From positions 2,160,001 to 2,192,000 of the forward strand of contig OW818675.1 in the NCBI GenBank assembly GCA_942493095.1: DNA of 32,000 bases, read 5' to 3'. A program made the translations under genes and the position numbers. The stretch comes from Candidatus Electronema halotolerans (GTDB lineage Bacteria > Desulfobacterota > Desulfobulbia > Desulfobulbales > Desulfobulbaceae). Under the pieces are notes generated by a model that saw nothing but the letters and a program-made list of their open reading frames with translations, was not told where the DNA came from and did no database searches. Every line of letters starts with the position of its first letter. Within the stretch, counting starts at the first letter, position 1. This document shows positions 8,471-16,908 of the stretch, piece by piece.

Positions 8471-9438
8471 AACGCTTTCTCCGCAAGAAGCTCCTGCAAT
8501 TAGTGCTGATTCTGCCTGCGGTGGCCATGCTCTCCTTTTTCCTGCTCCAGTTTTCACCCATTGACCCGGTCCGGGCCTATATCGGGGCGGACATGCTTCA
8601 GGTGAGTCAGGAGCAGCGGCAGCAGATCGCGGCCCGCTGGGGCTTGGATCAGCCGCCGCTGATGCGCTATCTGCACTGGCAGAAGGAAATCCTCACCGGC
8701 AATATGGGCACTTCCCTGCTCTTTCAGGAGCCAGTGACCAAGGTGATTGCCCGCCGCTTCATTCCCTCCTTAGCCTTGATGGGCACTGCCTGGCTGCTTT
8801 CCGGGCTGATCGGCTTTGTTCTCGGCGTGATTGCCGGACTGCGGCAGAACTCGCTGGCTGACCGGCTTATCCGCCTCTATGCCTACACCTTGGCCTCAAC
8901 TCCGGCCTTCTGGCTGGGAATGCTGCTGATCATCATCTTTTCCGTGCGGCTTGGCTGGACCCCGGTCTGCTGCGCCTATCCGCCGGGCATGTCGCCTGAC
9001 CAAGTGAGCATCGGACAATGGCTCCGTCATCTGCTTCTGCCTGCCGCCACGTTGAGCATCATCTCAGTGGCCGCTGTAACCCTGCACACCCGGCAGAAGC
9101 TGCTGGAGGTGATGGAGACGGATTTTGTCCTCTTTGCCCGCGCCAAGGGCGAAAGCACCTGGGGCGTGTTCCGCCGCCATGCTCTGCGCCACGTCCTGCT
9201 GCCTGCGCTCACGATCCAGTTTGCCTCGTTCGGCGAACTCTTCGGCGGCTCCATCCTGGCCGAGCAGGTCTTTTCCTATCCCGGCCTGGGCGAGGCCACT
9301 GTCCGGGCCGGGCTGGGCGGGGATGTGCCGCTGCTCCTGGGCATTGTCTTAGTCAGCTCCGTCTTTGTCTTTTCCGGCAACGCCATAGCTGACCTGCTCT
9401 ACACAGTTGTTGATCCCCGTTTGCGGAGGACTGTCTGA
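8467..9438 (+). CDS. ABC transporter permease (DppB/OppB/NikB type)
   Basis: MKRFLRKKLLQLVLILPAVAMLSFFLLQFSPIDPVRAYIG; ATGA overlap with the upstream SBP stop; HALRHVLLPALTIQFASFGELFGGSILAEQVFSYPGLG motif. Confidence 0.9.
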   Translation: MKRFLRKKLLQLVLILPAVAMLSFFLLQFSPIDPVRAYIGADMLQVSQEQRQQIAARWGLDQPPLMRYLHWQKEILTGNMGTSLLFQEPVTKVIARRFIPSLALMGTAWLLSGLIGFVLGVIAGLRQNSLADRLIRLYAYTLASTPAFWLGMLLIIIFSVRLGWTPVCCAYPPGMSPDQVSIGQWLRHLLLPAATLSIISVAAVTLHTRQKLLEVMETDFVLFARAKGESTWGVFRRHALRHVLLPALTIQFASFGELFGGSILAEQVFSYPGLGEATVRAGLGGDVPLLLGIVLVSSVFVFSGNAIADLLYTVVDPRLRRTV

Positions 9439-10253
9439 TGCACCAGCGAACCCGCGCCCTTGCAGCGGCAGGAGCCTGCGCCGCCTTTCTGCTGGCCATT
9501 GTGCTCGCCTATTATTTCTTTGTCCCGGAGGTGCTGCGCACGGACCTCAGCCTGCGCAATCAGCCGCCCGGATTCAGCCATCTTTTCGGCACCGACTGGA
9601 TGGGCCGGAACATGCTCCTGCGCACCATTGCCGGGCTGCGCCTCAGCCTCCAGACTGGCCTGACCGCAGCCGCAGCCAGTGCTCTGCTGGCCCTGTTCCT
9701 TGGTCTGGCCGCCGGCATTTTGGGCGGCTGGGTGGACGGCGTGGTCTCCTGGCTCATTGACATCTTCATCAGCCTGCCCCATCTGGTGCTGCTCATTCTG
9801 GTCTCCTTTGCCTTTGGCGGCGGCCTGAAAGGAGTGACTGTCGCCATTGCAGTCAGTCATTGGCCGCGCCTGGCCCGGATTATCCGGGCGGAAACCATGC
9901 AACTCAAGGACAGCCCGTTTATTCATCATGCCCGCTGCTTTGGCAGAACGCCGTGGCAGATCGGGTGGCAGCATATTCTGCCCCATCTGGCGCCTCAGTT
10001 CATTGTCGGCCTGCTCCTGCTCTTTCCTCACGCCATCCTCCACGAGGCGGGCCTGACCTTTGTCGGTCTGGGCCTTTCACCCCATGAACCGGCAGTGGGC
10101 ATCATTCTCGCTGAAGCCATGCGCCATCTCTCCACTGGAAACTGGTGGTTGGCTGTGCTGCCCGGCGCAGCTTTGCTGGCTATGGTCAAAACCTTTGATT
10201 TGATGGGAGAGAATGTGCGCATCCTTCTCCAACCGCGAATAAGTCAGGAATAA
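9438..10253 (+). CDS. ABC transporter permease (DppC/OppC/NikC type)
   Basis: GTDWMGRNMLLRTIAGLRLSL, HARCFGRTPWQIGWQHILPHLAPQ, LHEAGLTFVGLGLSPHEPAVGIILAEA; TGATG junction with the upstream gene. Confidence 0.92.
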   Translation: MHQRTRALAAAGACAAFLLAIVLAYYFFVPEVLRTDLSLRNQPPGFSHLFGTDWMGRNMLLRTIAGLRLSLQTGLTAAAASALLALFLGLAAGILGGWVDGVVSWLIDIFISLPHLVLLILVSFAFGGGLKGVTVAIAVSHWPRLARIIRAETMQLKDSPFIHHARCFGRTPWQIGWQHILPHLAPQFIVGLLLLFPHAILHEAGLTFVGLGLSPHEPAVGIILAEAMRHLSTGNWWLAVLPGAALLAMVKTFDLMGENVRILLQPRISQE

Positions 10254-10266
10254 TCAGGAGGCATTC

Positions 10267-11070
10267 ATGCTGGAAATCGACAACCTGCGCATCTCGTTCA
10301 GCCGCTATGAATACGGATTCAGCCGCCAGCGGATCACCGGGGTCAAGGGCATCTCCCTGCGGGTGCGGCCCGGCTCGATCAACTTGGTGGCCGGGGCCAG
10401 CGGCGCAGGCAAGAGTCTGCTGCTGGCCGCCATTCTCGGCCTGCTGCCTGCCAATGGCAGCAGCAGCGGCAGCATTCGTTTCAAAGGGCAGGAGCATGCT
10501 GACCCTGCCCCGCTCCGAGGCAGGGAGATTGCCCTGATTCCCCAGTCAGCAGATGGGCTGGATCCGCTCCAGCAGGTGGGCAAGCAGGTGCGCCGGGCCG
10601 CCCGGCTGGCCGGGCTGACCAAGAAAGAGGCAGCGGCTCAGACTGAAGCCATGTTCAATCGTTACGGACTGGGCTTGGAAGCACTGCGGCTGTATCCCTT
10701 TCAGCTCTCCGGCGGCATGGCCACCCGGGTGCTGCTGGCCTGCGCCACGGTGGGCCGGGCCGGACTGCTGCTGGCCGATGAACCCACCACCGGCTTGGAT
10801 GAGGACAACTGCCGCCAGGTCTTTGCCCATCTCCGCCAGCTTGCCGACGAGGGCCGGGGCATCCTGCTGATCAGCCATGACCTGAGCGCAGCCCTGCCCG
10901 TGGTCGATGAAGTCACCATTCTCAGAGACGGCAGCTTGGTGGAAACCATGTCTGCTGCCGATTTCCGGCAAGGCATCTGCGATTCTCCGTACAGTCGAGC
11001 ACTGCATCAAGCCCTGCCGGAAAACGGCTTTACGGTCAGTCAATCTTTGCAGGAAGCCTGCCATGCTTGA
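10267..11070 (+). CDS. ABC transporter ATPase 1 (DppD/OppD/NikD type)
   Basis: Walker A GASGAGKS, signature LSGGMATRVLLA, Walker B LLLADEPTTGLD. Confidence 0.93.
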   Translation: MLEIDNLRISFSRYEYGFSRQRITGVKGISLRVRPGSINLVAGASGAGKSLLLAAILGLLPANGSSSGSIRFKGQEHADPAPLRGREIALIPQSADGLDPLQQVGKQVRRAARLAGLTKKEAAAQTEAMFNRYGLGLEALRLYPFQLSGGMATRVLLACATVGRAGLLLADEPTTGLDEDNCRQVFAHLRQLADEGRGILLISHDLSAALPVVDEVTILRDGSLVETMSAADFRQGICDSPYSRALHQALPENGFTVSQSLQEACHA

Positions 11071-11668
11071 AGCTGCTGACCTCTCGTTTGCCTATAATGG
11101 CGGCAAGCCGATCCTGGACAAGGTGAATCTGCGCGTGCAGCCCGGCGAGGTGCGGGGCCTGACCGCTCCCAGCGGCTCTGGCAAGACCACGCTGGCCAAG
11201 GTGCTCTGCGGGCACCTGCCTGTCCAAGGCGGGGCGATTCGGGTCAACCGCCAGCCCTTGCCTGAGAAAAGCTATTGCCCGATTCAGCTCATCAATCAGC
11301 ACCCGGAGCAGGGCTTTAATCCCCGCTGGCGGCTGGGCAGGTCATTGGCTGAACCTGCGCCGCCTGATCCGCAGCTCCTTGACCGGCTCGGCATCAAAAG
11401 CGGCTGGCTGAACCGTTACCCGCACGAACTCTCCGGCGGCGAGCTGCAACGATTTGCCATTGCCCGCGCCTTGGCTCCACAGACTGCCTTTGTTGTTGCT
11501 GATGAGATCACGGTTATGCTTGATGCCATCAGTCAGGCCCAAGTCTGGCAGGTGCTGCTCCAGACGGCGCAGGAGCGGCAGCTCGGCATGTTGGTCATCA
11601 GTCATAACCGCCACCTTCTCAGCCGCATCTGCACACAGACAGTTGCGATGCGTGATCTCTTCGCCTGA
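11063..11668 (+). CDS. ABC transporter ATPase 2 (DppF/OppF/NikE type)
   Basis: Internal ATG 11063 (MLEAADLSFAYNGGKPILDKVNLRV) of ORF 10907..11668; Walker A APSGSGKTT, signature LSGGELQRFAIARAL; overlaps ATPase 1 by 8 nt. Confidence 0.9.
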   Translation: MLEAADLSFAYNGGKPILDKVNLRVQPGEVRGLTAPSGSGKTTLAKVLCGHLPVQGGAIRVNRQPLPEKSYCPIQLINQHPEQGFNPRWRLGRSLAEPAPPDPQLLDRLGIKSGWLNRYPHELSGGELQRFAIARALAPQTAFVVADEITVMLDAISQAQVWQVLLQTAQERQLGMLVISHNRHLLSRICTQTVAMRDLFA

Positions 11669-11670
11669 AG

Positions 11671-12474
11671 ATGAACCCCATTCAAGCGTGGAAGGACTTC
11701 CAAGACCGCAGCCTCTACTATCAGGCGGTGCGGCGGGATGGCGAGGAACCGGTCTGGCAGGAGATTGCCAAGGACTATGACCGGCTGGTCTATTCTGAGC
11801 AGCAGAAGGAGACGCTGCTGACCAAGCTGACGCACCGTCTGCACGGGATTGAGACCGCGATTGAGATCGGCGCAGGCAGCGGCACTCTCACCCTGCCCTT
11901 GGTCAGGCATCTGCGGGAGATTGCCGCCGTGGAGCCGTCCGCAGCAATGGCAGCGGCCCTGCACGCCAGTCTGGCCGAGCATAAGATCAGGAATGTCTCC
12001 GTCTTTCAGGAGAAATGGGAGAACATGCAGCCTGCTGCGGCGGACGTGGTCTTGGCAGGCGGCTGTCTGTACGTCTTCTACGAGATTGACAAAGTCCTGC
12101 GCAAGATGCTGGCCTGCGCCAAGAAGAAGGTGTTGATCACCCACGTGGGCAACTGCGGGCTGTGGCACTTTGACCGGCTGCTGCTGGAGCGGCTGGGCGC
12201 ACCCAAGCCATGCCTCTTTCCGCCCCTGTCCCTGTTGCTGGACGTGCTCCTCCACCTCCAGCTACCAGCGGTGATGGACATCACCTTTGCCAAGGGCAGG
12301 AAGTGCTTCACCCCGGAGCAATGGCTGCGCCGCTGCCAGCGGCTCTTGCAGCTTGCCGAGCCGCCGCCCGTGCTGCTGGACTTCCTGATGCAGGAATTCA
12401 GTCAGGACGGCGACTGCTGGAGCATGGAGGAGGAGGTGCCGCTGGCTGTGATTGAACTGAGGAAAACATCATGA
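11671..12474 (+). CDS. Class I SAM-dependent methyltransferase
   Basis: IETAIEIGAGSGTLTLPLVRHLREIAAVEPSAAM (motif I), ADVVLAGGCLYVFYEID; start 2 nt after the ATPase 2 stop. Confidence 0.82.
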   Translation: MNPIQAWKDFQDRSLYYQAVRRDGEEPVWQEIAKDYDRLVYSEQQKETLLTKLTHRLHGIETAIEIGAGSGTLTLPLVRHLREIAAVEPSAAMAAALHASLAEHKIRNVSVFQEKWENMQPAAADVVLAGGCLYVFYEIDKVLRKMLACAKKKVLITHVGNCGLWHFDRLLLERLGAPKPCLFPPLSLLLDVLLHLQLPAVMDITFAKGRKCFTPEQWLRRCQRLLQLAEPPPVLLDFLMQEFSQDGDCWSMEEEVPLAVIELRKTS

Positions 12475-14003
12475 GGCAACAAATCGTAGGCCCCCGTGTC
12501 TGCCCAACTGGGTCTGGCGCAAGTACAGGGGCTTGCCCCTACATTATAGGTATTGTTTCTATTCTTCTCTGCATCGTTCTGCTGTGCAGAGGCATGGCGC
12601 AGGCGGCTGGCAACGACAAACTGGTGGTTGCAGTGGGCAGCGATGCCTACACCAGCTCCGGGCCACGGGCCAACTTAGGCAAGTACCCGCTCAACGCCAA
12701 TATTTTTGAGTCGCTGACGACCTTTGACGAGCAGTTCCGCCTCCTGCCCTGCTTGGCTGTGGCATGGGACTATCAAGGCGAGCGCACTTGGCGGTTCATC
12801 CTGCGGCAGGGGGTGCGCTTTCATGACGGCAGCCCGCTCGACGCAGCAGCAGTGCGGGCCTCCTTGGAAGCGCAGCAGCAGGCAGGCACCCTGCTCTTTG
12901 CCTTTGACAAGATCACCGAGCTGGATGCGCACAGCCTCGCCATCACCACGCCGGAAGAGAACCTGATTCTGCCCTACATCCTCTCGCACCCCTACATGGG
13001 CATCAGCAGGCCGGGCGACAAGCCGGTCGGCACCGGGCCGTTCAGATTTGTCCGCCATGTCAAGGATCAGCTTTTGGAGGTGGCGCGCAACGAGGACTAC
13101 TGGGGAGACAAGGCCAAGAGCGCGGGCATCGTCTTCCGCTTCCTGCCGGACAGCGCGGCCCGTCTGCTGGCTTTCCGGGCCAAGGAGGCGGACGTGCTGG
13201 CCGATCTGCCTTGGGAGGCAGTGCCTGAACTGAAAAAGAGCAAGGACATCATCCTCCGCAGCTCGCCGAGGGGGGCTTATGTCGGCCTGATGCTCTCCGT
13301 CAAAGGGCCGCTGGCGGACAGGACAGCCCGGCAGGCGGTCTCCCTTGCCCTTGACCGGCCAGCGATCATCAAGGCGCTCTGGCATGGCTATGGCGAGGCC
13401 CGCCAGACCCTGCTGGCCCCGGCCTTTCTCGGCAAGGCGGCAGAGCTGCTCCCAGACACGCCCTGCGACCCGGCCCAAGCAAGAACGCTGCTCAAGGGCA
13501 GGCCGCTGCGCCTGACTCTGGTGTCCGGCTTTCCCAATGCCGAGGCGCATGGTCTGCTGCCGGAGATCATCCAGAGCCAGCTCCAGGCCGCAGGCATCAG
13601 CATCCAGCTTCAGAAAATCAATGACACCGGTCTCTACCACGACCTGCTCAAGGCGGGCAAAGGCGACCTCTGGCTGGAGCGCGGCAACCTCAACAGCGCC
13701 GATCTAACCTTCCTGCCCCACCTGCTCTTTCACCCAGAGGGTTTTTATCCCAAGCACCTTGGCAGCCCTGCCGGAGGCGCGGCCTTCTGCCAGCGCATCC
13801 ATGCGGCCCGGATAGCGACAAACGATGCAGCCTTCCGCGAGCAGACCGCCTTGGCCCTGCGCGAGATCATTGCTGAGGAGCGGCTTTTCATTCCCATTGC
13901 CGAGCTGCCTTTTCTCCTTGCAGCCCAGCCCGGCGTGCAGATTCCGGCCCTCCACCCCACCCTGCTGACCACGAACTGGGCTGCCTTTGCCAAGCAGCCA
14001 TGA
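12471..14003 (+). CDS. Second peptide/nickel-type ABC substrate-binding protein (NikA/DppA-like)
   Basis: SBP_bac_5-type segments VVAVGSDAYTS, NIFESLTTFDEQFRLLPCLAVAWDYQGERTWRFILRQGVRFHDGSPLDAAAVRASLE, ARQAVSLALDRPAII; hydrophobic signal segment YIIGIVSILLCIVLLCRGMAQAAG. ATGA overlap with the methyltransferase stop. Confidence 0.85.
   Translation: MRQQIVGPRVCPTGSGASTGACPYIIGIVSILLCIVLLCRGMAQAAGNDKLVVAVGSDAYTSSGPRANLGKYPLNANIFESLTTFDEQFRLLPCLAVAWDYQGERTWRFILRQGVRFHDGSPLDAAAVRASLEAQQQAGTLLFAFDKITELDAHSLAITTPEENLILPYILSHPYMGISRPGDKPVGTGPFRFVRHVKDQLLEVARNEDYWGDKAKSAGIVFRFLPDSAARLLAFRAKEADVLADLPWEAVPELKKSKDIILRSSPRGAYVGLMLSVKGPLADRTARQAVSLALDRPAIIKALWHGYGEARQTLLAPAFLGKAAELLPDTPCDPAQARTLLKGRPLRLTLVSGFPNAEAHGLLPEIIQSQLQAAGISIQLQKINDTGLYHDLLKAGKGDLWLERGNLNSADLTFLPHLLFHPEGFYPKHLGSPAGGAAFCQRIHAARIATNDAAFREQTALALREIIAEERLFIPIAELPFLLAAQPGVQIPALHPTLLTTNWAAFAKQP
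12485..12542. repeat. Palindromic repeat-like element over the 5' end of the second SBP gene
   Basis: CGTAGGcCCCCGTGTCTGCCCAact...caagTACAGGGGCTTGCCCCTAC: the outer arms are imperfect inverted copies and an inner AGGGGCTTGCCCCT palindrome lies at 12527-12540. Confidence 0.4.
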
Positions 14004-14194
14004 TGCGGCGCTGACCTTGTTTTTCCTCATCCTCCAGGCATGGCCGCCCGCACGACCGGGCAGTCTGCCCAGCAAAATGAGGCTGCCGCCCTATTGTCCG
14101 GGCGGGAGAATTATGCTTTATTCCTGCCCAGTGCCTGCTGCTTTTTCCACACCTCCTTCCTTTGTCATCATCCGTACCTTGGAAAAAGCAGAAG

Positions 14195-14226
14195 CTCCGG
14201 GGCCATCACGGCCCCGGAGAGTTTTT
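14195..14226 (+). terminator. Rho-independent terminator closing the upstream operon
   Basis: ctccggggcc (14195-14204) atcac ggccccggag (14210-14219) followed by agTTTTT: perfect 10-bp GC-rich stem. Confidence 0.85.
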
Positions 14227-14391
14227 CTTCCCAAGTGGTGAACGTTGACGGCCATGACAAGGCGAACCGCCCTCCTTCCATTGCACATTTCCTGCCCGGC
14301 TCGGCGTGCCGCCGCCTTTTGACCTGACACCCGCATCCATCTTGCACCCTGATCAGCCCAACAATTCACTTCCAATACAAGGAGACCGAAC

Positions 14392-14652
14392 ATGAAAGGA
14401 ACCCACGAGCACGAGCATCAGCATGAGCATGCACATGAGCATCAGCATGAGCATGAGCACGCGCATGGCGACAGCAAGCACAGCCATGAGCACGGTCATG
14501 AACATGCGCATGGCCATAAGCACGAGCACAAGCACCCCCATGATCACAGCGGCGCAGGCAATGCCCATGAGCATGAGCACAAGGGTGAGCATGGGCAGCA
14601 TGACCACAGCCATGCTGGCCATGAGCAGGAGGAGCATTCGCACAAGCATTGA
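14392..14652 (+). CDS. Extremely His-rich small protein, probable divalent-metal (Ni/Zn/Cu/Co) binding or storage
   Basis: 86 aa, about 34 His, alternating HxH throughout (MKGTHEHEHQHEHAHEHQHEHEHAHG...HSHKH). Ribosome-binding-like aaggagacc precedes ATG. Confidence 0.82.
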   Translation: MKGTHEHEHQHEHAHEHQHEHEHAHGDSKHSHEHGHEHAHGHKHEHKHPHDHSGAGNAHEHEHKGEHGQHDHSHAGHEQEEHSHKH

Positions 14653-14689
14653 CCGCTTGGGCCTTCTGAACAAAGGAGCATGATGCCAG

Positions 14690-14713
14690 ATGCCTCGCCA
14701 GATGGCGGGGCAT
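14690..14713. promoter_or_regulatory. Hairpin downstream of the His-rich gene (weak terminator or attenuator)
   Basis: atgcctcgcc-agat-ggcggggcat, 10-bp stem with one G-U; followed by ttgcgttt, not a clean U-tract. Confidence 0.4.
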
Positions 14714-14765
14714 TTGCGTTTCTGCCAACAGCCAACTGATGTACTGATACTGCAAAGAAAGAACG

Positions 14766-16874
14766 ATGAGAAACACGATCAAGCTCTCTGTGACAACGGC
14801 GGCAGTTGTTCTGGCTGCGCCGTCCTTTGCCCAGGAGCCGTTGCGGACGCTGGACGAGGTGGTAGTCAGCGCGCCGGGCGGAGCGCAGGGCATTGTCCTG
14901 AGTCCTGCGGAAACAACCATCAGGACGGATGAGTTCACCAGCGTGGACATTCCGGCCACTGTGGATGAGCTGCTCAAGCATCACACTATTGTTGATTTCA
15001 GGGCGCAGTCTGATCTGGTTCCTGACGACGACACCATCACCCTGCGTGGCTTCAGCAGCAACCGCTTTGTCACCGCCATTGACAGTTTGACTGTCCAGAA
15101 GACCGGAGGCCGCAAGAGTTCCCATATTGTTGACTTCGCTCTTCTGCCCACCTTTCTGGTTGACCGGATTGAAATTTTGCCGGGGCCGCACTCAGCTGTT
15201 TACGATGCCAAAAGCATTGGCGGGGTGCTCAACATGGTCACTAAAAAGCCGCATCGCCGGGACAGTCAGAAACCGGATGTCAGTTTGAGTGCCAGCTACG
15301 GCTCCTACAACACCCAGAAGCATCAAGCTACGCTGGAAGGAGCGATGGAGGATTTCACGTATGATCTCACCTATCAGAAAAATGCCACAGACGGCTATCT
15401 CCGCCACAGCGAGGCTGATATTGACACCATCTTCACCCGCTTAGGGTATCTCCTGCCTGCGGACGGCTTTGTCACTGTCAGCGGCTCCTACACGTGGGCG
15501 GATCGGCAAACACCGGTGAAAAATCCGGGCAAGTCCCTTGACGGCAGCAAGAATTATGACAGTTCCTATCCGGTCTATACGGATGCTTCCTTTGATCCTT
15601 GGGAAGAGCCGACCTGGGACAAGGAAGCGCATTCTCTGCGGCTCAATGCGGATCAGCCCACTGACAATTACGGCCATCTGACCTTCAACGCCTACACCAG
15701 CAAGGAAGACCGCGACCGGGCCTATTATGTCAAGGAAGAGGGCAAGGACATTGTCTATACGCCGTGGGTGACAACATGGTGGCAGCAGGGCGGCAGATTG
15801 CAGGATGAATACCGCTGGAATCCGAAACACACCACCACTTTTGGCACGGATCTGGCGTTGCTGTATGACGACGGTCTGACAGATGGCGACAAAGCGGAGC
15901 GGGTCAACAAGAAAGGGCTGTATGTTCAGCATCAATGGGCCGTTCTGCCTGATCTTGATCTGCGGCTGGGCGCACGCTACGAGGATGTCACCACCACAGT
16001 AAGCAACGGCAGCGCAAAATCTCCGTATATTCCGGGCCGGGGGCTGGAGATTGAGCGGAACTGGGATGATCTGATTCCCAAATCCTTTCTCACGTGGAAG
16101 CTGGATCGGCTGAATCCCTGCTTGCGCGATACCTCGCTTTCTGCTGGCATCAGCAAAATCTGGCATGCCCCGGATTATCACGGCGATTACAACCCGCAAG
16201 GCCGCCCGGCTGGCGCGTGGCTGGAGCCGGAGCACGGCATGGGCTATGATTTGGTCTTTATGCGCCGTCTCTGGCGCAACATGGACCTGAAAGCCAATTA
16301 CTCCTTCTATGCGATTGAGGACTACATCGCCACCAACAGCTCCTTTGCCAAGTACGGCAACTCCAAGGCCGGAGCGCTCGCGTATTCAGACTACAAGATC
16401 AATCTGGAAGAAATGCAGCGGCATGGACTGGAACTGGAACTGGATGGCAAGCTGAATGACAAGCTCTCCTTTTACCTGACCTATGCTTGGCAGCATTTTG
16501 ACAATCAGGGCGATGAGCCTGCCGGTGAGCAGGCGCAGGACAGTCAGGCGGAAAACAGGCTGACTGCCGGGCTGCGCTACAAGCTCTTTGACAAAACCAC
16601 CCTGCTGCTCGATTACTCGTATCAGGGCGATGAAACGGTTGAAGTGGCTGAGGAGATCAAGCCGGATGTCTGGACGTTCTACGAACAGGAGAATCCGTCC
16701 TACAGCGTCGTTGACCTTGGCCTGCGCCATGTTCTGCTGGAAAACAGCCACAATCTGAAAGACCTGACTCTGGGTCTGTATATCAACAATGTCTTGGACG
16801 AGGAATATTGGGAGACCAAAGGCACCCCGGCCACAGACCGCACCTTTGGCGTAAGCCTTTCCACCCATTTTTAA
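14766..16874 (+). CDS. TonB-dependent outer-membrane receptor 2
   Basis: Signal MRNTIKLSVTTAAVVLAAPSFAQ; plug LDEVVVSAPGG...ITLRGFSSNRFVTAIDSL...LVDRIEILPGPHSAVYDAKSIGGVLNMVTKKP; C-terminal YINNVLDEEYWETKG...FGVSLSTHF. Confidence 0.93.
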   Translation: MRNTIKLSVTTAAVVLAAPSFAQEPLRTLDEVVVSAPGGAQGIVLSPAETTIRTDEFTSVDIPATVDELLKHHTIVDFRAQSDLVPDDDTITLRGFSSNRFVTAIDSLTVQKTGGRKSSHIVDFALLPTFLVDRIEILPGPHSAVYDAKSIGGVLNMVTKKPHRRDSQKPDVSLSASYGSYNTQKHQATLEGAMEDFTYDLTYQKNATDGYLRHSEADIDTIFTRLGYLLPADGFVTVSGSYTWADRQTPVKNPGKSLDGSKNYDSSYPVYTDASFDPWEEPTWDKEAHSLRLNADQPTDNYGHLTFNAYTSKEDRDRAYYVKEEGKDIVYTPWVTTWWQQGGRLQDEYRWNPKHTTTFGTDLALLYDDGLTDGDKAERVNKKGLYVQHQWAVLPDLDLRLGARYEDVTTTVSNGSAKSPYIPGRGLEIERNWDDLIPKSFLTWKLDRLNPCLRDTSLSAGISKIWHAPDYHGDYNPQGRPAGAWLEPEHGMGYDLVFMRRLWRNMDLKANYSFYAIEDYIATNSSFAKYGNSKAGALAYSDYKINLEEMQRHGLELELDGKLNDKLSFYLTYAWQHFDNQGDEPAGEQAQDSQAENRLTAGLRYKLFDKTTLLLDYSYQGDETVEVAEEIKPDVWTFYEQENPSYSVVDLGLRHVLLENSHNLKDLTLGLYINNVLDEEYWETKGTPATDRTFGVSLSTHF

Positions 16875-16908
16875 CAGGTATCAATACGTACAAGGAGGAG
16901 TGACAAGC

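Noticed and set aside
14003-14391. Cobalamin riboswitch upstream of the His-rich/TonB locus
   Set aside because: No recognisable B12-box (GCCACTG / AGYCMGGAGACCTGCC) was found by eye; the region is accounted for by the terminator and unremarkable sequence. An Infernal scan would be decisive.
14353-14977. Minus-strand ORFs (14353..14673 and 14366..14977) with Met/Leu/Val-rich repeats
   Set aside because: They are the antisense of the CAT/CAC/GAG-rich His-rich gene; the hydrophobic repeat pattern is an artefact of that composition.
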